From: Patescibacteria group bacterium
GTDB taxonomy: Bacteria > Patescibacteriota > Microgenomatia > UBA1406 > GWC2-37-13
Direction: 5' to 3'
DNA length: 64,000 nucleotides
NCBI GenBank assembly: GCA_041660945.1
Contig: JBAZVK010000002.1
Coordinates: 284,882-348,881, forward strand
Below are positions 40,359-49,140 of the stretch, in pieces. Both the position numbers and the translations under genes were made by a program. Numbering within the stretch: the first letter of the stretch is position 1; the number at the start of each line of letters is the position of its first letter. The notes under the pieces are model-generated. The model searched no databases. It saw only the letters and a program-made list of their open reading frames with translations, and was not told where the DNA came from.

Positions 40359-40916
40359 TTAAACTTCCATTATCTCTTTTTCTTTGCTCTCTTTTATAAT
40401 ATTTATTTCTTCCATAAACTTAGTTGATTGAGCGTCAACCTCTTTTTCTAATCTGTATTTTTCATCTTCGCTCATTTCTTTTTTCTCAAAAGAATTTTTG
40501 ATAGTTCTTCGGGAATCATCTCTGTGATTTCTTATTGTTACTTTTTTTTCTTCAACTTTTTCACCGACCACTTTGATATATTTTTCTCTTTGTTCGGTAT
40601 TTAGGGATGGTATTCTAATAATAATTCTTGTTCCCTGTGTGGTTGGTGTTAGTCCCAGGGGAGATTTTAAAATCGCTTTCTCAATATCCTGTATGACAGA
40701 TGGATCGTAAGGACTGATTGAAATAGATGACGCTCCTTCGGTCATTATAGTTGCAAGCTCCAATAATCTAAGTTTAGTTTGGCCACCATAAGTCTCAACC
40801 GTTAAATTTTCGACCAGAGAAGGCGAGGCGCGTCCGGTACGGATAGACTTAAGATCTTCTTTGAGGGACGCAATTGTTTTAAGTGCTTGGTTGGTAAAAG
40901 TAGAAACAATATCCAT
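40359..40916 (-). CDS. frr: Ribosome recycling factor
   Basis: LKSIRTGRASPSLVENL…; the ATG at 40916 avoids overlap with tsf. Confidence 0.9.
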   Translation of the reverse strand: MDIVSTFTNQALKTIASLKEDLKSIRTGRASPSLVENLTVETYGGQTKLRLLELATIMTEGASSISISPYDPSVIQDIEKAILKSPLGLTPTTQGTRIIIRIPSLNTEQREKYIKVVGEKVEEKKVTIRNHRDDSRRTIKNSFEKKEMSEDEKYRLEKEVDAQSTKFMEEINIIKESKEKEIMEV

Positions 40917-40924
40917 AAAATTTA

Positions 40925-41374
40925 TTATACACTCCATCTCACAAACTTTACCAGCTTTATATTTTCTCCAAATTTTAAAACGGCTTCTTTTATTAAGTCA
41001 CTTACTTTTTTTGAGGCATCTCTAATATACTCTTGGTTGAGAAATTCTTCATTAGTTTCGGCGCGGATCGAGGCAGCCTGCATTGCTAATTCATTACCTA
41101 ATAATTGAAAATCCTTATTTCCGGAAACAAAGTCTGTTTCACAAGCGAGCTGTATCAGAGAAGCTACTTTTTTATTATGATGAACATAAGAGAAAATTAT
41201 TCCGGCTCCAGTATCACGGTTTGATTTATCTTTAGCTTTTGCAATACCCCATTTATTCAACAGCTTTTTTGCTGCGATGATATCGTTTTTAGATTCTTCT
41301 AAGGCTTTTTTGCATAGAGAAAAAGAAATTTCCGTTTCTTCACGAAGTTGTTTTAATTTTTTGATATCGTACAT
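40925..41374 (-). CDS. tsf: Elongation factor Ts (short form, 149 aa)
   Basis: It has a UBA-like N-terminus (LREETEISFSLCKKALEES) and sits in the rpsB-tsf-frr context. Confidence 0.85.
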   Translation of the reverse strand: MYDIKKLKQLREETEISFSLCKKALEESKNDIIAAKKLLNKWGIAKAKDKSNRDTGAGIIFSYVHHNKKVASLIQLACETDFVSGNKDFQLLGNELAMQAASIRAETNEEFLNQEYIRDASKKVSDLIKEAVLKFGENIKLVKFVRWSV

Positions 41375-41376
41375 GA

Positions 41377-42108
41377 TTATTTTTTTGTTGCTTCTTTAGC
41401 TTTTACTTCTTCGGCTTTAAGATAGCTTGATGAATATGCTTCGGTTATTTCCTTCAGAAAATATTCGATTGATGTAATAGAGTCGTCATTTCCAGGTATA
41501 GGATAGTTTATAAGATCAGGATTCGCATTTGTATCGGTGACAGCAACTGTCGTGATTTTCATTTCGCCTGCTTCTTTCACGGAATTTTTTTCCTTTTTGA
41601 TATCTATAATAAAAAGAGCGTCAGGTAATTTCTTTAAATTAGCAATTCCTCCATAAAATTTTTCCAGTTTGTTCAGATCTTTGTCTAACTTTACTTGCTC
41701 GTGTTTAACATATTTGCTCCATTCTCCTTTTTCTTTTTCTTCTTTCATTGAATTAAGTTTTTTTACATTCTTTATTATCATTTCAAAATTTGTTAAAAGT
41801 CCTGCTGGCCATTTAGTGTTCACAAAAAGTAAATTATTTTTTGAGCACAGATCTTTAGTTAAATTTGATGCGATTTTTTTAGTACAAACTACGAGAAGAA
41901 TTTTTTTATTTGTTCCCAATTCAGAAACATACTTCTTTGCTTTTTCGAGATAATCAGCCGTTTTGGTGAGATCAATTATAGAAACCCCGTTTTCAAATGA
42001 ATAGATATATTTATTTGTTTTTGGGTGTACCCTATTAGATTTATGCCCAAGATGGGCTCCGGCAGCAAAAAGCTCTTCAACTATTTTAGTATTATCAATC
42101 ATAAGCAT
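41377..42108 (-). CDS. rpsB: 30S ribosomal protein S2
   Basis: LFAAGAHLGHKSNRVHPK…; the ATG at 42108 is preferred over the TTG at 42129. Confidence 0.93.
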   Translation of the reverse strand: MLMIDNTKIVEELFAAGAHLGHKSNRVHPKTNKYIYSFENGVSIIDLTKTADYLEKAKKYVSELGTNKKILLVVCTKKIASNLTKDLCSKNNLLFVNTKWPAGLLTNFEMIIKNVKKLNSMKEEKEKGEWSKYVKHEQVKLDKDLNKLEKFYGGIANLKKLPDALFIIDIKKEKNSVKEAGEMKITTVAVTDTNANPDLINYPIPGNDDSITSIEYFLKEITEAYSSSYLKAEEVKAKEATKK

Positions 42109-42139
42109 ACATTCTATCAATTTGACCAAGATATTGCAA

Positions 42140-43018
42140 TTAGATTTTAAGGGATTTTATGAAAGTTTTGAATTCTTCACTTATTTCTTCATGTTCTAAG
42201 GCAAACTCTATTACAGTTTTCAAATATTCAAACTTGTCGCCGGTATCATAATACTTTCCGTTTTCAATCACAACCGTATAAACAGGGACACCTTCATTTT
42301 TTAACAGATTAATAGCATCCACAAGCCAAATTTCGCCGCCTTTCCCCGGCTTAACTTTTTTTAAGGCAGAAAATATTTCTGGAGGTAGGATATAGCCACC
42401 GTGAGTAGCAATGTTTGAAGGTGCCTTGTCTGGTTCCGGTTTTTCTACAATTTTATTAATCTTGTAAACATTATTTTCTACATGGGTTAAGTCGGCTATA
42501 CCGTATCTTTTTAAATCCTCTTTTTTTTCTATTTTTACTCCCGATATGACGATCCCCCCAAATTTTTCGTAAACTTTGATCATCTGCGCCAATCTGGGTG
42601 GCTTGGAATATATAAATTCATCTCCCCAAAGAACTGCAAAAGGCTCGTCTTCAATTGCCGGTTCGGCCGTTAAGACCGGAGTACCGTTTCCGTAAGGACC
42701 TTTTTGACGAATATAAATAAAGTTGGCCATATTTGAAATTCTTTGAATTTCTTTAAGAAGGTGATCTTTTTTTCCTTGCACTAAATTCTTAACTAGATCT
42801 TCAGAAGGAGCATCAAAATGATCTTCAATCGCCCGTTTGTTTGAGCCCGTTATAATAATAATGTTCTCAACTTTGGAATCTATAGCTTCTTCAACCACAT
42901 ACTGAATAACAGGTTTATCGATTACAGGAAGCATCTCTTTAGGCATGGCTTTTGTTTGAGGAAGAAATCTTGTTCCAAAACCTGCTGCAGGAATTACAAC
43001 TTTAGTTATTTTTTTCAT
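42140..43018 (-). CDS. galU: UTP--glucose-1-phosphate uridylyltransferase
   Basis: VIPAAGFGTRFLPQTKAMPKEMLPV. Confidence 0.9.
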   Translation of the reverse strand: MKKITKVVIPAAGFGTRFLPQTKAMPKEMLPVIDKPVIQYVVEEAIDSKVENIIIITGSNKRAIEDHFDAPSEDLVKNLVQGKKDHLLKEIQRISNMANFIYIRQKGPYGNGTPVLTAEPAIEDEPFAVLWGDEFIYSKPPRLAQMIKVYEKFGGIVISGVKIEKKEDLKRYGIADLTHVENNVYKINKIVEKPEPDKAPSNIATHGGYILPPEIFSALKKVKPGKGGEIWLVDAINLLKNEGVPVYTVVIENGKYYDTGDKFEYLKTVIEFALEHEEISEEFKTFIKSLKI

Positions 43019-43458
43019 TCAAATTTTACGGTAACTTTTTGGCTTAATTGGATATTTCCGTTAATAAACGCTGTAATTTCAGCAACACCTATCACATCAG
43101 ATGTTAAAACAAAACTCACTTTCCCGGTTTTATCTGATTCAGATAACGATTCCCGAGCCCCGTTTATTAAACCCAAATTAGTAACCAATCGCACAGGTTT
43201 TTTGTCTAACGGAAGATTATTTGCGTTTCTTACAAATACATTTATGTCCACTTTGTTCCCAGTGTTAGTTGTTAGCGGCCAAGCAAAAATTAAGGAAGTT
43301 GTGGACGAAGGATCCGTTTCGGTTGAAGCTCTGGCAAAATTTCCTATTTTTCCGCTAAGTAAGGTCGAACTAACAAAAACTCCAAAAACAACAAAAAACA
43401 ATATCATCAAAACAACAAATTTTTTATCCATATACAATAAGCTTATCAACTGTGACAA
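43015..43458 (-). CDS. Hypothetical signal-anchored protein with an Ig-like (Big-type) beta domain
   Basis: It has an N-terminal TM segment, and its C-terminal beta-rich block (…GKVSFVLTSDVIGVAEITA…) resembles bacterial Ig-like domains. An alternative ATG lies at 43431. Confidence 0.4.
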   Translation of the reverse strand: MSQLISLLYMDKKFVVLMILFFVVFGVFVSSTLLSGKIGNFARASTETDPSSTTSLIFAWPLTTNTGNKVDINVFVRNANNLPLDKKPVRLVTNLGLINGARESLSESDKTGKVSFVLTSDVIGVAEITAFINGNIQLSQKVTVKFE

Positions 43459-43464
43459 AGTTTG

Positions 43465-44163
43465 TCAAACTTGGTTAGTTGTTGATAGATAGCCTTTTTT
43501 ATTAAGGATGTCAATAATTTTTTCATGTATTTTTATTGGTGAAAGAATAGTTTCATTTTCAACGCAGTCAATTTTAACCCAACTTTTATTAGTTTTCACA
43601 ATATCCAGATACATGTCCTCAACCTTTTTTAAGTAATCACCATCTTTTTCATATTGATCTTTCATTTTTCCGTCTAAATAGACCCTTTTATTTTTTTGAG
43701 TAACTAAAGTTTGCGCTAAAACAAGCGGGATATAAAGCAAAATGACTAAACCCGGTTTTGGTATACCAAAAACTTCATATTCAAGTGTTTCAACCCAATT
43801 TAGAAATTTTTTCCTTTCGGTTAATTTGATTTTAACCGCCTGGTAAATTGAAGACGGGGTGTAACGATTGCAAACGACTATTTTATTTTCATTAATTGCC
43901 TGCCAAATTTTTTCTTTTACCTGCCAACGGTCTGCTGCGTATGGAAAAGAGGCGAGATAAGGATTGATTCTGCTAAAATGACCAAATTCTCCTTTTAGAA
44001 AACGACCGGCAAAATCACCGAAAAACGTTTTTCCATATTGAGGAAAATCAAAGGACGCATATTTTATTTGATTTTGATTAAAATAGCCGGTTAGCAACTT
44101 TAACTGAGTCAGTTTTCCGGAACCGTCGATACCCTCTATCACTATTAATTTGTTTGTTGGCAT
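43465..44163 (-). CDS. tmk: Thymidylate kinase
   Basis: IVIEGIDGSGKLTQ, and a DRW-like block ADRWQ. Confidence 0.88.
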   Translation of the reverse strand: MPTNKLIVIEGIDGSGKLTQLKLLTGYFNQNQIKYASFDFPQYGKTFFGDFAGRFLKGEFGHFSRINPYLASFPYAADRWQVKEKIWQAINENKIVVCNRYTPSSIYQAVKIKLTERKKFLNWVETLEYEVFGIPKPGLVILLYIPLVLAQTLVTQKNKRVYLDGKMKDQYEKDGDYLKKVEDMYLDIVKTNKSWVKIDCVENETILSPIKIHEKIIDILNKKGYLSTTNQV

Positions 44164-44175
44164 AAAGAAAATACA

Positions 44176-46410
44176 TTATAAATTAATTTTATCGCCCGAT
44201 TTGGCTTTGTCTTGCAAAATAAGAATTGCTACTTTATCTTCGATTTCATCACGGATTATTCTTTCCATGTTTCTAGCTCCGTATCGTGGATCAAAACCTT
44301 TTTTAGAAATAGAATCGATCGTTTTTTCAGAAACAATTATTTTTACCTTGTATAATTTAAATATTTCAACAGATATTTTTTCAATAGTCTTTTTTGCTAG
44401 AAGTTTAATTGATTCTTGGCTTAAAGATTTAAAGGCGATCACACCATCGAATCGATTAAGAAATTCTGGAGAAAAAATTCTTCGCTCAACTAATTGGTCA
44501 ATAAGACTTATAGGACTTATTGGGCTCGTTTGAGAATAATAAAGACTAGAACCGGCATTTGAGGTCGCAATTATAATTAAATTTTTACAATCAACCTTTT
44601 CCCCCCTTCCGTCAATGAAATAACCTTCATCAATAATTGTCAAAAAAATATTTATTAAATCTTTATCAGCCTTTTCAATTTCATCGAGCAACAAGACACC
44701 GTAACTTTGTTTTCTAATTGCGCTGGTCAGCAAGCCAGGTAAATCATTATCCCCTATAAGTTTTGAAATATCGTATTTTGATTGAAATTCAGACATATCA
44801 AAGCGGATAAGAATATTAGAAAAAAATGTTTCCGCGACGGCTTTTGCGGTCTCGGTTTTTCCTACTCCTGTGGGGCCAAGAAATAAAAACGAAGCCAAAG
44901 GTTTTTTCCTTCTTCCAATAAGCAAAAAGGAACGTCTTAAAGATGAAGACAATTTTTTTATCGCTTCATCTTGTTGAACGATTTTAGCAAATAATAGAGT
45001 TTCGAGGTTTAAAAGTTTGTCTTTCATTTGTTTGGTTATAGTTGTGGGAATGTGGGTTTTTTCGGTAAGAACAATATTAATTATTTCGGGTGTGATTGTT
45101 GTAGGGACAATTCTTGAATTGTCCGTGCGATTCTGTTTCGCATAAACGCACGCAGTATCTAACAGATCAACGGCCTTTTCCGGAAAAGGAATGGAAGTCA
45201 GATAAAATTCGCTTTTTTCAATAATTTCACTAATGGTTTCATACGGGATATAAACCTTATAAAGAGCTTCAAAAGAAAAAACCGCGTCTAATAAAATATT
45301 TTGAGCTTCTTTCTTGGATATTTCGTAAACATCAACTTTATTGAACATGCGGTTAATTTTATCGTTTGAAAAAACAAAATTTTGAAAAGAAAAAGGAGTA
45401 GTTGTCCCTATTATCTGAAAGGAATTACTTTTTGTATACTTTTCCAGGGAAAGGGTCAGATTTATCTTTCCCTCACCATCGGTAATATACTTATCAATGT
45501 TATCAATAAATAAAATAATATTTTTTGCCCGCTCGGCCTCTTTCAGCAAATCTTCAAAAAAATTCTCTCTTTGTTTAACATCAGTAAATTCATTAAGAAT
45601 TTTTTCCATGTTCAGTTTTAATATCCTTCGATACATAAGAGAGGTATTGGTTTTGCCCAAGTAAATTTTTTTTGCCAGAGCATCGATTATTGTATGTTTG
45701 CCTACTCCCTCATCTCCGATAATAATGACGTTGTTCTCAACGGATTTAGTTAAAATTTGCTCTATTTGAACGATTTCTTTTTCCCGTCCGATAATATTTT
45801 TTATATGATGAAGGTAAGCCGAAGTTGCCAGATTGATAGAATATTGGTCGAGTATCGGCGTATAGCCGACAGCCCAATCACGAGCCAAAGGAGGATAGGA
45901 AAATAGGTTAAATAATTTCCACCACGCAACCTTTTTTAAATGCTGTTTTGAATAGTCATTAAACCACCTCTCAACTTTATCTTGATTTTCAACATTCAAT
46001 AGATGAGTCTCAATAAATTTTTTTTTAAAAGAAATCATGTTTTGTTCAGTAGTTTTTTGAAAAAGGGAAATTAAATAAAAAAATGGAATGAACAAAAAAA
46101 ATGACAAAGCTATAAAAGGAAGAATAATCATTAATAATGTTTGTAAAATAAAATAAAAAGAAATAATTGAAAGTCTCATTATTGCGCCAATTGATCTTGA
46201 GATAAAATTAAAAGTGAAACGATTAAACAAGTCAGAAAAAGAAAAACCGACAAAAGTTTTTTTAACAATAAGATTTTTCCATGGATGGAATAAGGTTTTA
46301 AATAAGGTGGATATTGAAAAAAAATAGGGAAGAAAAATAAAAATATTAATAACAGCTTCACCAAAATCATGCAGGGTTTCCCAATAGTATTGCCAAAAAT
46401 TTTTTCTCAT
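44176..46410 (-). CDS. Clp/Hsp100-type double AAA+ ATPase with an N-terminal transmembrane region
   Basis: D1 has Walker A GDEGVGKHT and Walker B ILFIDNID. D2 has GPTGVGKTETAKA, LLLDEIEKA and sensor-2 GARNMER. The first ~120 aa are hydrophobic helices instead of a Clp_N domain. The ORF opens at 46524; the ATG at 46410 (or 46470) is more plausible. Confidence 0.75.
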   Translation of the reverse strand: MRKNFWQYYWETLHDFGEAVINIFIFLPYFFSISTLFKTLFHPWKNLIVKKTFVGFSFSDLFNRFTFNFISRSIGAIMRLSIISFYFILQTLLMIILPFIALSFFLFIPFFYLISLFQKTTEQNMISFKKKFIETHLLNVENQDKVERWFNDYSKQHLKKVAWWKLFNLFSYPPLARDWAVGYTPILDQYSINLATSAYLHHIKNIIGREKEIVQIEQILTKSVENNVIIIGDEGVGKHTIIDALAKKIYLGKTNTSLMYRRILKLNMEKILNEFTDVKQRENFFEDLLKEAERAKNIILFIDNIDKYITDGEGKINLTLSLEKYTKSNSFQIIGTTTPFSFQNFVFSNDKINRMFNKVDVYEISKKEAQNILLDAVFSFEALYKVYIPYETISEIIEKSEFYLTSIPFPEKAVDLLDTACVYAKQNRTDNSRIVPTTITPEIINIVLTEKTHIPTTITKQMKDKLLNLETLLFAKIVQQDEAIKKLSSSLRRSFLLIGRRKKPLASFLFLGPTGVGKTETAKAVAETFFSNILIRFDMSEFQSKYDISKLIGDNDLPGLLTSAIRKQSYGVLLLDEIEKADKDLINIFLTIIDEGYFIDGRGEKVDCKNLIIIATSNAGSSLYYSQTSPISPISLIDQLVERRIFSPEFLNRFDGVIAFKSLSQESIKLLAKKTIEKISVEIFKLYKVKIIVSEKTIDSISKKGFDPRYGARNMERIIRDEIEDKVAILILQDKAKSGDKINL

Positions 46411-46436
46411 CAATTTAGTATAGCAAAAATATCCTA

Positions 46437-46466
46437 TTGACAATTGAAAAAAATGAATGATAATTT
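46437..46466 (+). promoter_or_regulatory. Putative promoter of the ATP-grasp gene pair
   Basis: TTGACA (46437-46442), 16-17 nt, GATAAT/ATAATT. The ATG is at 46482. Confidence 0.5.
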
Positions 46467-46481
46467 TCATATCTACAAAAC

Positions 46482-47903
46482 ATGAAAAAAATGAAAAAGA
46501 AAGCAAGTAAAAAACCTCTTTCAAGAAAAAAAGAATTAATTATCTACATTTACAATGTTGTGGAAGATGAGTGGTCTTTTTTGTCGTCAATCCAACCAAT
46601 TGAAAAAAGATATTCATTAATTAATGACTGCAATTTATCATCAGAATGCTACCTTTTTTCCAATGCTGGTGAAAATGAATTTATATATATTTCTCCAATC
46701 GAAATTTCTAACACTTTTAAAAATTATTTTCAGTCAATCACAAATAATAAAAAAGTGGATATATATGTCCCTCAAATGAAGACGGCTTTAATTTGCAAAG
46801 ATTTTTACACCGATAAACAGTTATTCGGAGAAATAATTACAAAAGCAAAAAAATTTCATAAGGTGACTTTAATCAGTTACGCAACCTCACCAGAATTTTT
46901 GGAATTGAAGGAGAGAATGATCCAACTTGGTATTAATGTGGTCACCCCGGAATCTCCGGAACTGGAAAATGCATGGACCGTCAATTTTTTTGGTAGTAAG
47001 TCGGGGATTAGACAATTAGCCCAACAAAGCCGGGCTGTCGAACCAGATTTTATTATGCCTGACGGAGTTATTTGCGTAGGAAAATTGGATGCTGCAAAAA
47101 TTGCCGCTAATCGGTATATCAAAGAAAAAGGAGTTGTTTTAAAAACCAATAAAGGTAGTGGCGGACAGGGAGTATTAATTTTCCGTGATGGAGAATTGCC
47201 GAAAGACTATAAATCTTGCGAAAAGAGAATTTTCGAACTCTTAAGTGAAGATGGTTATTGGGAACGGTTTCCAATAATAATTGAAGAATTAGTTAATGTT
47301 AATTACACGACTCCCGGAGCTTTTCCAAATATAGAATTTAAAATTTATAAGAGTGGAAAGATCGAAATGCTTTATTATTGTGTAATGATGGTAACAAAAG
47401 AAGGTAAATATTATGGATTGGATATCCACGAAGATGTAATTAATGAGAGAACTGCAGCCAGAATTATAGATACGGGATATTACATTGCTGAACAGTATGC
47501 AGAAGCAGGTTATCGGGGGCACTTTGACATTGATATGATCGCTTCAAATAATAAACATATTTATGTTTGTGAATCTAACACAAGAAACACCGGTGGTACC
47601 GATATATATAAATTAGTATATGATCTATACGGCGAGGATTTTATGTCCGATGTCTATGTTTTAAATCGGAACAATTACAAATTTAATAATCAAGAGAATA
47701 TAAATTTTAAAAAAATAATCGAAACTCTTAAACCAATTCTTTATGACAAGAAGAAAAAAGAAGGCATAATCCTATCTTCTTCGGCCTCATTGCTATCCAA
47801 TCAACTACTGTACACTGTTTTAGGGAAAAATAAAAAAAAGGCATATGAACTTCAGGCTAACTTTTATGAATTGCTAAAACCTTTCGGTCAGCCTAAATTC
47901 TAG
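46482..47903 (+). CDS. ATP-grasp ligase with a pre-ATP-grasp N-terminal domain (PGM1-like layout)
   Basis: It has a Lys-rich N-terminus and ATP-grasp blocks VVLKTNKGSGGQGVLIF, IIIEELV and ESNTRNTGGT. Confidence 0.6.
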   Translation: MKKMKKKASKKPLSRKKELIIYIYNVVEDEWSFLSSIQPIEKRYSLINDCNLSSECYLFSNAGENEFIYISPIEISNTFKNYFQSITNNKKVDIYVPQMKTALICKDFYTDKQLFGEIITKAKKFHKVTLISYATSPEFLELKERMIQLGINVVTPESPELENAWTVNFFGSKSGIRQLAQQSRAVEPDFIMPDGVICVGKLDAAKIAANRYIKEKGVVLKTNKGSGGQGVLIFRDGELPKDYKSCEKRIFELLSEDGYWERFPIIIEELVNVNYTTPGAFPNIEFKIYKSGKIEMLYYCVMMVTKEGKYYGLDIHEDVINERTAARIIDTGYYIAEQYAEAGYRGHFDIDMIASNNKHIYVCESNTRNTGGTDIYKLVYDLYGEDFMSDVYVLNRNNYKFNNQENINFKKIIETLKPILYDKKKKEGIILSSSASLLSNQLLYTVLGKNKKKAYELQANFYELLKPFGQPKF

Positions 47904-47913
47904 ATTTTTTAAT

Positions 47914-48927
47914 ATGAATATCGCATTTTTGTACAATGTTCGCCGTAGTTCTTCAGACTCAGTAAATTATAAAAATCAATTAGATAGAGATTTTGATGAT
48001 CCTGCTACAACCAGGTGTCAAATCCGTCATTTAAGAAGCCTCGGATTTAATGTATCTCCGATTGAGGCAAATGAAAAGGCTTATTTCAAACTGTTTCGTC
48101 TTAGATCAAAAATAGATTTGGTTTTTAATGTCGCCGAAGGAATTTACGGGAAAGACCGTGAATTGCAGATGCCTGCGATCCTCGAAATGCTGCAAATTCC
48201 ATATACGGGGTCCTCTCCTCTAACACACGCATTTTCATTGAATAAAGCAAAAGCCAAAGAGATTTTTTTGGCGAATAATATTCCAACAGCTGAATTTCAA
48301 ACAATAGATAAACCAAATTTTACTCTTAAAAAAACGTTGAAATTTCCATTGATTGTCAAACCGGTTGCGGAGGGTTCGTCAATGGGAATTACCAACAACA
48401 GTGTCGTATACGATTTATCCAGTCTAAAGATACAAGTTAAAAAAATTTTAAATATCTTTAATGAACCGGCTTTAGTAGAACCTTTTCTTGAAGGACGTGA
48501 ATTTTCAGTAGCAATGCTCGGTAATCCACCGGAAATTTTACCAATTATTGAATCGAATCATAAAATTCTTCCCAAAAAATACCTCCCCTTTGACTCGTAT
48601 GAGGTTAAATGGTTTTTCGAGGAAGAGGGACACTCAGATTACTTAATTTGTCCGGCGAAGATTGATAAAAAACTTGAAGGTAAATTAAAGAGTATATGCT
48701 ATAAAGTTTGGGAGGCCCTTAATGTCGTTGATTGGTGCCGAATTGATATACGGTGTGATCAAAATGAAAACCCCTATGTTTTAGAAATTAATTCTCCGGC
48801 AGGAATAACTCCGCCTGAAATTTCGATGACTTCTTATTTTCCGTTGGCTGCGAGAGCTTTTGGAATTGATTACAATAATTTATTAAAAAAAATTATTGAG
48901 GTTGCCTTAAAAAGATATAAAAAATAA
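47914..48927 (+). CDS. D-alanine--D-alanine ligase family ATP-grasp protein
   Basis: IPYTGSSPL…SLNKAKAKEIF, FPLIVKPVAEGSSMGI, EPFLEGREFSV, RIDIR…YVLEINSPAG. Confidence 0.7.
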   Translation: MNIAFLYNVRRSSSDSVNYKNQLDRDFDDPATTRCQIRHLRSLGFNVSPIEANEKAYFKLFRLRSKIDLVFNVAEGIYGKDRELQMPAILEMLQIPYTGSSPLTHAFSLNKAKAKEIFLANNIPTAEFQTIDKPNFTLKKTLKFPLIVKPVAEGSSMGITNNSVVYDLSSLKIQVKKILNIFNEPALVEPFLEGREFSVAMLGNPPEILPIIESNHKILPKKYLPFDSYEVKWFFEEEGHSDYLICPAKIDKKLEGKLKSICYKVWEALNVVDWCRIDIRCDQNENPYVLEINSPAGITPPEISMTSYFPLAARAFGIDYNNLLKKIIEVALKRYKK

Positions 48928-48929
48928 TG

Positions 48930-49002
48930 TGGACGCTGAGGGACTCGAACCCCCGACATTTGCGATGTAAACGCAACGCTCTACCAACTGAGCTAAGCGT
49001 CC
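48930..49002 (-). tRNA. tRNA-Val (anticodon TAC)
   Basis: Manual cloverleaf fold: acceptor GGACGCU/AGCGUCC, D arm GCUC-AGUUGGUA-GAGC, anticodon stem UUGCG/CGCAA with loop UUUACAU, and T loop UUCGAGU. Confidence 0.9.
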
Positions 49003-49012
49003 GAGACCCGAG

Positions 49013-49084
49013 TGGGTGCGGATGGAATCGAACCATCGCTCTGTTCTTTATCAGAGAACTGTTTTACCATTAAACTACGCACCC
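49013..49084 (-). tRNA. tRNA-Ile (anticodon GAT)
   Basis: Manual cloverleaf fold: acceptor GGGUGCG/CGCACCC, D arm GUUU-AAUGGUA-AAAC, anticodon stem GUUCU/AGAAC with loop CUGAUAA, and T arm GAUGG-UUCGAUU-CCAUC. Confidence 0.85.
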
Positions 49085-49140
49085 TAAAAACGCACAAAAA
49101 TTATAGCATATTGTTGCAAAGTTTTATATATAATAAAGCT

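Noticed and set aside
49012-49140. N-terminal 43 codons of the ORF-track entry 49012..50355
   Set aside because: This stretch is the reverse complement of tRNA-Ile plus non-coding spacer. The PRC-barrel homology begins at the ATG at 49141.
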